64,000 nucleotides of DNA from Tubiluchus corallicola (Eukaryota > Animalia > Priapulida): NCBI GenBank assembly GCA_030141605.1, contig JAQGDQ010000598.1, positions 63,769-127,768 of the forward strand, read 5' to 3'. The notes beneath the pieces are model-generated. The model did no database searches and was not told the DNA's origin. It worked only from the letters and a program-made list of their open reading frames with translations. Made by a program: the position numbers and the translations under genes. Shown one piece after another: positions 40,674 to 51,267 of this stretch (within the stretch, counting starts at the first letter, position 1; each line of letters opens with the position of its first letter).

Positions 40674-40959
40674 TAGTTATTCTCAACCATGATCAGATGC
40701 ACCTTCCTCAATAAGCTTCCTCAAGTATTGAAGCTGGCTGTCACAAATCTATTCGCTGATGAGGCTTGAGGTTGCCTAACTTCGGTCGCTAAGCACACGG
40801 CTTGAGTTTTCAGGTTGTTGGGAAGTTTCTCGGGAAGCCCCATGCTTTGAATGCAAAATGTTTTGATTCCTAGGACTCATTACTCAGCAGTCCACAGAGT
40901 CATTTTTGGTGGAGGCGGATAAAAATCTGGGTCTTTACTGCACTTTCCTTACATAATAT

Positions 40960-41437
40960 TGTTGTTGGCATCCTTCTGTCTCGGAAGACAATGGGGTGTG
41001 CGCCAGGAGAGTCAGTTATTTCTCCAGGGCGCACGCCTGGGCAAGGTGTATGGAGATCCTGAGTTGCCCATATAACAGGAACCCCCTCTCTTCCTCGCTG
41101 GTGTAGTCCAAAGGAAAGCGGAGCGATACGTTTGGCACCAGGTTGGCTGCAGGAGCTGCCGGAGTCAGTGAGCATGCTGCACTGGTCCGCCTTCGGGGCT
41201 CCACTCCTGATTTGGAACGTTTACTCCTCCACACATGACCGTTGGGTCACCTGACCTCCTTCGCCCTCTTGTGCAGCTCCTCCGCCTAGTGTCGAGATAC
41301 AGTGTGGGCATCCTGCAAGCCTACAGCACCCGATATTCCTAGGCGGTCACCCATCCAAGTACTAACCAGGCTCTAGGTTGCTTCACTTCGGTGATCAGAC
41401 GAGTACCGGTGTTTTCAACGTGATATGGCCGTAGACG
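40960..41437 (-). mobile_element. 5S rRNA-derived SINE (SINE3-type), full length with TSD
   Basis: 120-nt 5S head, ~355-nt body shared with 26876-27277, (CAA)n tail, and a 10-bp direct repeat TACATAATAT on both sides (40950-40959, 41438-41447). Confidence 0.85.
41317..41436 (-). pseudogene. 5S rRNA-like sequence (SINE head, not a functional 5S gene)
   Basis: Minus strand GTCTACGGCCATATCACGTTGAAAACACCGGTACTCGTCTGATCACCGAAGTGAAGCAACCTAGAGCCTGGTTAGTACTTGGATGGGTGACCGCCTAGGAATATCGGGTGCTGTAGGCTT, 120 nt, with recognisable A/IE/C boxes. It has several substitutions and no oligo-T terminator. Confidence 0.92.
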
Positions 41438-41880
41438 TACATAATATACGTGTTAAAATTAATCTCTTGCCACTAAAATTAGTCAAATATTTCTCCCGTT
41501 TCTCCCTCTCCCCCTCTCGTTTCTATAGAACTTATAGTACTATGTGCTTTAGCGGCACGTCTGCACCATCCCACGCACCTTTGCAATCACTACTTGCTTG
41601 CTACCTTTTCTCAAACATCCTCATTAGTCGCTGACATTGGCTACAAAATTGCACAGCCCTCCTTCCCGCCTATTTCTGGCTTCATTAGCGACATCTATCG
41701 ATCGTTTTTGCTAGCAAATTATAGACACTTTTACCTTCACGAGCGGTAATTGTTACGCCATTGTCGCGACGATAATGGTGTTTTCAAGCTCTATGCTTGG
41801 CGTTTTAGTCCGTAGATCGAGAGTGAGGGATTAGTGGTATAACTCGAAGCGAGACAGTGGCAAGAGAGTGTAGGGCATCA

Positions 41881-41975
41881 TTGACAGCTTGTAAATCGTT
41901 TGACCATGCTTAACGATTGCCATTCTGCTGTAATGGAAATCATTAAACACCGTCAGAGAATTTACAAGCTGTCAA
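41881..41975. other. ~95-bp near-palindromic hairpin (probable palindromic MITE remnant)
   Basis: Perfect 16-bp inverted repeat TTGACAGCTTGTAAAT/ATTTACAAGCTGTCAA with imperfect pairing continuing to a 7-nt loop. Confidence 0.75.
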
Positions 41976-42501
41976 CGCCGCCTGTAATGAAATGAAGCCA
42001 TGCTTTGGATATGTATTTTTGTACAGACAAAATCACAACACTGGAGGGATTCTCTTGTCTATTTATTTCCTAGAAGGGGTGTCTCAATGTCTCAATTGCT
42101 TGTAAATAGTGAACATAACGACTTGGTCATCTCCGTTAGGGGAATTTTGACTGAGTGGTCACGGTAGCAGCTTACCACTGAAGTTAAGCAACGTGAGCCT
42201 GGTTTGCGAACAGATACCTTCTCTAATTGCCTAAAAGTTGATTACGTCATATCTGTTGGGCGATGAGAATGACATCTATTCAAAGGTAGTTGTACCTGAG
42301 GAATATATTTCTGTTACTTTTATTTAAAAAATGGCCGCCGCTTCCATGACAAAGATTGATACTTCTTCAGTTATCGCTTTTTCAACTTCACCGTGCATGC
42401 ACGACAAAATATTCAAAGTTTTAAAAAGAAGAACAGAATCAAAATCAGCACAGTCAAAATCGTGAGTAAATGGAAAATTTCCAAAAATAGAAGGAAGAAT
42501 G

Positions 42502-43038
42502 TTAAAGGAAGACCAGACGATCGTTTAGACTCAATCTCATTTTAATTTACTGACTAAAATATACATTTTCTTGCCTATAAAAGTTAAGAATTGTTACTTA
42601 TATTTGAATAATTAGCTTAGAAAGTTAATTAACGGCAACCGAACACAGCTATTGCTTACATCAGAAACTAACCACAGGTTGTGGAATGGCAGGCGTCTTC
42701 CCTTGCGCATGAAGCACATTTGCGTAAGTGTTACAGTAGTGTTTAAATGCATGTCACGAAAAAGGGGTTCTATATCATATGACGTCAGAAACTAGCACTG
42801 CAGTTCATGATCATGCTTATCACGGTACCGCCTCCTATTTGTCGGCCAGGCGAATGTGACAAAAAGGCTCCGCTGCCAATCTTAGAAGATTCACTGAGCC
42901 GCGCGTAGCTTTAAAAGTTTAACGAAATTTGAAGGTCCGAGGTAATTATTATTTAATCCAAGCTTTGATTTTAAATAAGCTTTTGTAGTTTTCAATATTT
43001 CAGAGCATGTTTACACAATCATCCCGGTTTTCCTTTAA
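42502..43038 (-). mobile_element. Kolobok-like MITE family C, inverted copy
   Basis: TTAA|AGGAAGACCAGA...CCGGTTTTCCT|TTAA; the interior is the reverse complement of 17924-18432. Confidence 0.85.
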
Positions 43039-43651
43039 TGACGCATTGCTATAGCAATTTGACAAGCAGACTTATGTCGTGTAATCTAGGATAACTTGAA
43101 TTCACTTGCCACGTGGAGTTACTTAACGCAGAAATAATGTTCTCACGAAAAGCTTTAAAGCTTTGTCTGTCACCAACAAAACTCTAGAGAAACACAAATC
43201 CCATTTTATCTCTCATAAACATGGTTAGCGCCTGAAGTCGCGCATGCGCATTGATGACTGTCGAGTAATTAAAAATGCGTTATCAGCTATTGTAACGTTA
43301 GCCAGTAATTAAGGATGCTGACAACTGAAGAATTTGATGAGCTTAATTTACTTTGATGTATTTATGAGACATTGTGGGTCTAATGGAGGTAACGACATTT
43401 TCAAGTTTTAAAAAACGCTAAAAGATTTCATATTAGAATAAAACTCTAATATATACCATCTGTAATTGTTTTCAAACGCATCATTTAATATAACGTGAAG
43501 TGTAAGTCTATAAGAAGACGAACAAGGAGAATGAAGAAAAAGAAGTTGGAGAAGTAAGAAGAAGTAAATTCATTCTGGCACCTGTTGAGTGTGCCCGGTT
43601 TTCGCCTCTTTTGCACCTCACCCTCTTGATTGCTATGGCTTGTTAATATTA

Positions 43652-43986
43652 TTAACCCTTTCATACCCATTGTATCCCGTGGGATGCAAGAACTTTTTTG
43701 CCTTTAAAATTAATATAATTTTAAAACTGGCAGTTATTTTGATCTGTTAATAGTTATTTTGATTTAAGACAATAAAAACAGACTAAAAATAGTGATAAAA
43801 TGGCAAACTAGAAAATCAACATAGCGTGTAGATCAGCATAGCATGCATACTAAATGTCTTAAATACTTTAAAAAAAATTATAAAAAAACAATTATTATGT
43901 GTAAACAAGATGGACATACTGAACAAAAGTATCAAGCCAAAATATATTTTCTTTTTAACAAAATAATTTGGGACTGAAAGAGTTTT
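43652..43986 (+). mobile_element. piggyBac-like MITE, shorter derivative
   Basis: TTAA|CCCTTTCATAC... to ...ACTGAAAGAG|TTTT (decayed end); reverse complement of 46643-47106 minus internal blocks. Confidence 0.75.
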
Positions 43987-44869
43987 TATGTAAATGTAAT
44001 CACTATATCTTATCATTCTCCATTATTTCATCATCTTTCTCATCACATCTTCACACTCTGTACCTTCCAGGCTTTCTTACGTTTTATCTGATCTGAGCCG
44101 ATGAGTATCTGTCCTGCATTAATCTGTACCCGTTGGTTATTACATCTTATCTATTATTCTCATGTTATTTCTCTATTGTACATTATTGCTTAAGATAGTG
44201 TTATTTTGCACTTGGCTTTTGGAATAAATAAACCTTAAATAAATAGATAAATAAATAAAATAAATAGATGGCTTGGACTGGACTGGTCTGTGCTGGACTA
44301 GATTCGACTGAACCTGTCTAGATCAAAGCGGAATGGACTGCACTGAGCAGGACTCTCGTAAATTTTCTTTGTACTTGGTTGTGAATCAGAGCCACTGCTG
44401 CTGTTGCCATTGTCACTATCATCATCATCAACATCATCGGCTTCTTCATTGTCATCTTTATCATCACCATCATCATTAGTAAGTTAGCAACACAGGTACT
44501 CGATAATTGCTGCATCGCCTAGGTATGTTCCTAACGTTTGCGTTCGACTAGCCTAGATGCTGAATTGCGCAGTAAAAATTCCCCCTTGTACAGTCAAATG
44601 AAGCCATTTATATTCTTTCCTAATTGTACAGTGCAACTCGCGATGAGACCGTTGTGAGCAATTGATTAAACTTTGCATCTTTATAATGCAAAGCTTAATG
44701 CAATTGTCTCATTTATAGGCGTTTTCATCAAAGCCCGCTGATTTAGCAAAGCCTTGTACGATTCTTCTGATTTTCGAATAGATTTTTCGTCTTCAAGTTA
44801 AATCCTTGGTCATTTAACATGAGAAGCCAAGGACAATACTTGTAGAAAAGTAGAATTATATGAGAACAA

Positions 44870-45430
44870 ATCCAGAAAAATACAATCTTTGTAGCTATAT
44901 ATATATATAATCATCATTTGCCATTAAAATACATTGATAATCACTGATAAAAACTTTACAGAGAGTTAATAAAAACTTACACTGCTAAAGGCAAATGCGT
45001 CAGTGCAATCTAAACTACTGTGCAGTAATGGAAAGTAACGACGAATAAAATCAAACGTATTTACAGCTATGCACAAAAAAATGAAAAAAATTATGATTTA
45101 ATTAATATGGCCGTGGATATATAAATTCTGAATTAGTGTGTATGTTGTCGTACTGGTGTAATGGTATTTCATATCTGGTTAATATTAGTGATTTTAATTT
45201 TGTTTTAAATGCTGATAGAGACTTGATTTATTTAACCTGTAATGGTAGAGAATTCCAAAGTAGAATTGCTTGTTTGATTACAGAGTTTGTTCCATAGTGG
45301 GTATTTGTCCTAATTTGTTTTAGATTGCTTGTTCTGGAATTAACGATAGGATTTGGAAAAAAGGTTAATCTGTTATTCTGGAATGGTTTGCTGATGTTGT
45401 TAATATATTTAAATATAAAAAGCAGAGTAA
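44870..45430 (-). mobile_element. 5'-truncated LINE 3' end (CR1/L2/Crack group)
   Basis: Minus frame NSRTSNLKQIRTNTHYGTNSVIKQAILLWNSLPLQVK*IKSLSAFKTKLKSLILTRY carries the WNSLP...SL..FK..LK motif. The left boundary is approximate. Confidence 0.7.
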
Positions 45431-45599
45431 AATATTCTTTTTGTGCTAACTTACTTGTTAGGTTATTCGTTGGTAATCGTCAATGTTCGTCTTAAATCGG
45501 CTCAGATCGTTCAGAGCTGATTCAAAACTGCTGATTGGCATTATGCAGACAGAAAACGTTTAGAAAAATAACAAGTCACTCAGTATGTTGGGTTTATTT

Positions 45600-46295
45600 C
45601 ACTGTTATCACTTAAACTTAGAGAAATATAACAAACAAATTTGCAAAAAATTGTCCATCTTTCCAACATTGTTTAATAATTCAGTCCAACCTAATAATCG
45701 GCGTTATTCAACCAGAATGAACGAGTTTGTCGTAAATTTGTGTAGAACAGACGTGGCACGGCAATTCATTGCAAATGTTGGTCCAAGGCTTTGGAATGAC
45801 GTAAATGATGAATTAAAAACTGTTCAGCCAATTCAAAAATTTAAAAAGAAATGTAAAACAATGATTTTCAATAAATACAACACTTCTTAATATCCTATAC
45901 CTACTGCAGCAGTCATACTACAATCCTGGTACAGATTATGCAAAACAAGACATCATTGATAAATCTTTAGAGCTAATGTAAACATCGGACAATCTACCAT
46001 CTTTTTTTTCTACTATTTCCACTAACTCATCATTTTTCCAAACTTTTGTCATCTAACCTTTGTTCCTGTTCTTTTTTTGTTCACTAATCCATTCTTTTTT
46101 ATCGGGTTCACATGACAGTGGGTTTATACAAGCCTTTGCTTCTCTAGCCCACTGCAGTACAATTATTCTTTTATGATAATGATAGTGTATGAAATATAAT
46201 AATATATTACAGTGTCAAGTAACAATTTTGATGTCACCATGCATGGAATGTCACTGTATTGTATTGAATGTGATAATAATAAAACTTTAAACTTC
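45600..46295 (+). mobile_element. 5'-truncated LINE 3' end (CR1/L2/Crack group)
   Basis: ORF 45585-45890 contains YSTR...LCRT...GPRLWNDV...LK...FKKKCK, followed by a stem-loop (46116-46154), AATAAA and an (AAACTT) tail. Confidence 0.75.
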
Positions 46296-46642
46296 CATTG
46301 GGAAAGCTATTTCCTACACCGCGGATTCAATAACTTCTTACGGTGTGTACTTGCTTTTTTAACACGAAATAAATATCGGACGTCTGGATTATAATTTGCT
46401 CAATATTTATTGTCTATTTCTTTAATCCAAACGTGACATTCCATCTAAACATAATAAAAAAAAATTACAGCTTAAATATCATTAGCCAAACGTCAATTGT
46501 GCATAATTTAGAGTTATACACCACAGTATCGTAGTTCCCATTTAACTAATTAACAAATTCTTAAAGTAATTAAAAGATATACATACGTACGTTATTAGCC
46601 CAAAATCTTGAGCAATTGTAGACACATAACGACAATATCTTA

Positions 46643-47106
46643 TTAACCCTTTCAGTTCCAAATTATTTTTAATAAGAAATATTTTTTGGCTTGGTACTTT
46701 TGTTTAGTATGTCCATCTTGTTTACACATAATAATTATTTTTTCTGTCTGTGCCCGCGTGCTAAATATCGCCTGTATTCCACAGGATACATTGGGATTCA
46801 ATGGAAGCATAAAATGTGCTTCATTTTGCAACTGCTGATAATTTTTTAAAGTATTTAAGACATTTAGTATGCATGCTATGCTGATCTGTACAAAGTCATA
46901 TCTAAAGTACTGTACCTTGCACAGTTTTTTATGCTATGTAGATTTTCTAGTTTGCCATTTTATCATCATTTTTAGTCTATTGTTATTGGCTTAAATCAAA
47001 ATAACTATTAACAGATCAAATAACTGTCAGTTTTAAAATTTTATTAATTTTAACGGCAGAAAATATTCTCGTATCCCACGGGATACAACGTGTATGAAAG
47101 GGTTAA
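46643..47106 (-). mobile_element. piggyBac-like MITE
   Basis: TTAA|CCCTTTCA ... TGAAAGGG|TTAA: CCC/GGG termini, 8-bp perfect TIR, TTAA TSD, no ORF. Confidence 0.88.
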
Positions 47107-47269
47107 CTTATCATCACACATCTTAACTCAACTAAATTCAGTAGACCACTGACCCAGATCAAACTGATCGTGTGATTAGGCCTAAAATCTCCACAAGGTG
47201 GTCGAACAGAGGACAAAGGGAGGCCAATATGCCAAATTTCCTGCATGCCGTCCTCTGACATGTTCCTTG

Positions 47270-47812
47270 TAGTAGGTGCATAGGCCATTTTTTGGTTTTA
47301 ATTTAGTTTTCAATTATTGCCACGGTGCTGCCACCTGTTTGTTTATTTAGTAGGCTTTTTACCTTTTACAGTAGTCACTCTTTTAAAATTGAAGCACCTA
47401 ATATCCTTCAATACATTAACATTTTGGCCTTTCGTGAGCTATAGCTGTTGTAGTTGTATGACATTTTACCTGTCTTTTGGTTCTCTCCGCCATTGCTCTA
47501 TTTTTCTGACTGTGATGAGAATTATGACTGTGAATTTCTTACGAGTTTATTGCTGTGACATTATTGTTGTTCTTAAGGCAACTTGGAGTTCTCATTCCTG
47601 TTTTTGTAACTGTTAAATGTTCTAACAACGTAAGTTATTATTAATTAATTTCAATAATTACATAATTTTTATATCAGTTCTTGGTTATAGCAATACATTT
47701 AATCATGCAACTAATTTTCTTCTACTCAATGCAAATTAAACTAAATGTTAATAATTGTATTTCAGAATAAAGAAACTTTTGGTCAACACGTTAAACAGGT
47801 GTTTTCTATCCA
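47270..47812 (+). repeat. Unclassified ~540-bp dispersed repeat, direct copy at ~56058-56605
   Basis: Collinear high similarity from TAGT(A/G)GGTG(C/T)ATAGGCC to AATAAAGAAACTTTTGGTCAACACG; explains the paired ORFs at 47317 and 56177. Confidence 0.9.
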
Positions 47813-49156
47813 TTCCACTCCTTATAGGCATTTCTGCACAGTGTGTTCGTTCATTTGCTGCATTTTAGTCCACTAGCTGCATTTATGAGTTTAACCAGAT
47901 TGCTTGCTTTTTTGTTGTTGCATTCATGACTTGTTCAGTTGTTGTTTTAATATTTAACAGCATTATTTGCTTGTTTTTTTTCAATTGGTATAATTATAAT
48001 ATAGCTGTTTTGCATCTTGTTTATTTGCTACACTTAAGACCTAACCACGTATTTATTCGCTTAACCATGTAGCCTGCCGTGCTTTATAATATTTCTAAGT
48101 TATATAGGGGTGGCTGGCGTGATGACCTCCTGGTCTTTCGCCACCCCATCTCTACATACTTTACATAATGTGTTGTATTTGCGTTATAAATATTATATTA
48201 GATTATTTTAAATAAACCTTTGAATTGAATTGTGTTACCATGGTCACGCTCAGTATTCTGATTTTTCTTACAGTAGGCACTACATTAATTAATGGGTTTT
48301 TACTAATTAGAACTGCGTTTTTGCGACCTCCTCTCTCCACGCGGGCGTCTAAGAGTGCAACAATAGCTTGCGATTATTGGCCAGTTACTCGTAACGGTAA
48401 TAAAGATTTGCTCAGTGCGAGCAGTTTGCTTAATTTGAAACCGATACTTTAGCCACATAGATTAGTTGGACACTCAATAAGTTGTGCAAGTTTACAGTAA
48501 TTATGTGCCACGCAATTACACACAAAACCAACGGACAGACGAAGGAAGACAATCTCTTCCTGTGGGTTCAAAAGAATTATCGACCGGCGCGCAGTGAGTG
48601 CTGTACCAGCTGGCAACACTATTAATAGCAGAGATGCCAAGTTAAAGAGATTTTCTGATTTACAGCGGCGCGTAGCACATCAAAGATTAGCCATCAAGCA
48701 TAAGTAATGAGTGCGGGTTTGGATAATGACTAGGACTTTGTGGTACGCTATTTTTAGTGACGTCATTGAAATGAGTTTTGCTCTGCCTCTGACAGGTTAA
48801 ATAATGAAAATTAATTATTTCTTTACAAAAGAATCAATCAAGATAATGACCACTCAAAGCAAAACTTATGGTTAAATTATTAATACGGAAATAGGGTTAT
48901 AGTTAAGGGCTCATAATTAACATAATTGCCCAGTAAAATTTAGTGTACTATTTTTAACGACAATTTGCTATTGATAGGAGGTACCTGTTAGCGTTCTTCT
49001 TGAATTAGGCGAAATTGTACAATTTTCTGGTGCCGAATTCCACAAAGACCTGCCCCGAGGAAAAACATGAAGAGCAGCAGAAAAAAGAAGTACGAACAAA
49101 TAGTCTGTGTTTAGGAACCAGCGAGAAGAGGTACTTAGGTGACTTAGGTAACTTTT

Positions 49157-49170
49157 CTCCCTCCCTCTCT

Positions 49171-49216
<46 letters not shown>

Positions 49217-49310
49217 GCCTCTCTCTCCTCTCTTGCTCTCTTTCTATCCCTCCCTCTTTCTTTTTCTCCTCCCCCCTCTCTTTCTTTCTCTCTCTTACCT
49301 TTCTCTCCTG

Positions 49311-49342
<32 letters not shown>

Positions 49343-49462
49343 TTCTCTCTTTCTCCTCCCCCCTCTCTCTCTCTTTCTCTCTTTCTCCTCCGCCCTCTCT
49401 CTCCCTTTCTCCTCTCTTTCTCTCTCGCTCTCTCTCCCTCTCTCTTTCCCTCTTTCTCTCTC
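49157..49462. repeat. Polypyrimidine (CT/CTT/CCT) low-complexity tract
   Basis: Seen directly. Confidence 0.95.
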
Positions 49463-50258
49463 ACTCACACTCCCTACTTAACGCGTCATCCGCGGAAACA
49501 GCAAGAGCTCTTCAACGTGCGAGGTAGTGAAAAGTTAACCCTTAATCAGACCCAACCAATTGACAGTACAGTTTACAATTTATCAAATGGATTGTGTGAC
49601 AAGTTGTGGTGCCATTAATCAGGCTTCAAGGTCCCTGTTACAATAGAGTTTCGTTCACACATTCTGACATTTTAAACGGCTAATCCCCAGTCGATGTTAG
49701 GTGGTGCCTCACTGTCCCTTCCTCAAAGTAAAAGTTCTCATCAGAAGACTCACACTCAGTTTGAGATGAATGAAGTAACGTCCCTTCACTACCATGAACT
49801 TGTAATCATGCTGTCAGCGTTGAAGCCAAACCCTTTGAATCTCCACCGGGGCTTCTCTTCTTGTTCCATAGAGAAGTTAATCTAATGTGTGAATAAAGTC
49901 TTATAATTAACCAAGTCAAGTCTGAATCATTGAGAGGTATTTATTCATCAAAGAGGCTGAATGATGGACAACGGATGGATTAAGGCGGTTCATAAGTCCA
50001 AGATGAGCCATTGGTCAACGCAGCAGCTCTGAAGGAGTTCCACTAATCCCAATCAATGAACTGAGTTAATTAATTTTAGATCTTCAATGGTGACTGATTG
50101 CCGTTTGCAGGAAGTTGAACTTCGCTGGTGCTGCTTCCTATATTACTGTTCAAAACAGCAATTTAGAACTAAAAAATATTGATTTTATTGATTTTTACTA
50201 TGTAACAGTTATCGATGGATGACGAAGATTGTAAAGACAAATGATGACAGCTAAAAAA

Positions 50259-50401
50259 GTTGTTGTTGTTGATGCTGATGCTGATGATAATGATGATGAT
50301 GATGATGCTGATGCTGATGCTGATGCTGGTGATGATGATGATGCTGATGCTGATGCTGATGCTGATGCTGATGCTGATGCTGGTGATGATGATGATGATG
50401 A

Positions 50402-50476
<75 letters not shown>

Positions 50477-50479
50477 CGA

Positions 50480-50524
<45 letters not shown>

Positions 50525-50562
50525 TGACTATGATGATGTTGATGCTGTTGATGATGATGACG
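50259..50562. repeat. (GAT/GCT/GAC)n microsatellite
   Basis: Seen directly. Confidence 0.95.
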
Positions 50563-51267
50563 TTTTTCATGACGCCGGCAAGGTTTTACTTAGCAAGTAA
50601 ATTGTTTTCTAGTAAAGTATTCCAGAGACAAAAAAATCCGAAAGAAAGTTGATTTCATAAGTAGTTGATCTGTATCTAGGACTGTCCAAATTAAAATGAT
50701 GAGCAACAACAGCAAAACTAATACTCAACAATAAACTGATGACATTCAGGAACCAATGAAAAAAGGTCCTGAGAGCATCTTTCATCACAGGTGGTTAGTT
50801 TAAACAATATTTTTATTGGATAAGAAATATTACAATCATAAGTACATTTATTTATAATAAAAAAAATAATGGGCAATGCTGATTGGCTAACAGGTGATCC
50901 CCGTATAACCTATATAAAATCTCTCACAAACTAGATAGGCACACGATTACAAGAACTGTTAGTTATTCATTAAGTAAGAAGGAAATTTAGAAAGTTTGTA
51001 ACTTGTTTTTTGAACAGCGGTCTGCAAAGGGGTGGCACAAGTTGGTTATGACGTGCTTGATGTTGATGTTAAGCTAGAAAAATTGAATGAGTGATGAAGA
51101 AGCTAATGAAAGAAAGATGAAAGTGTTGGGATCACGGGAACGCATAAATTTAAATAATTTGCCGTGTAAGGTAAAATTGGGAGATTATTAATGCACTATA
51201 GTTTTAATTTTATTAATTAAAGCGCCCACTTTGTATATAATAAACAAAATGATCAGAAATACTATAG

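Noticed and set aside
41317-41436. Functional 5S rRNA gene
   Set aside because: Single copy with substitutions, no oligo-T terminator, fused to a repeat body inside a TSD.
49691-49885. CNRIP1 exon 2 candidate (MLGGASLSLPQSKS after CCCCAG)
   Set aside because: Splicing from the phase-2 donor gives GAT CGA TGT TAG (stop), and the downstream CRIP1 motifs are absent.
50111-50222. CNRIP1 exon 2 candidate after TTTGCAG (KLNFAGAASY...)
   Set aside because: Phase-compatible, but it has no conserved CRIP1 motifs and runs into a stop without a convincing donor.
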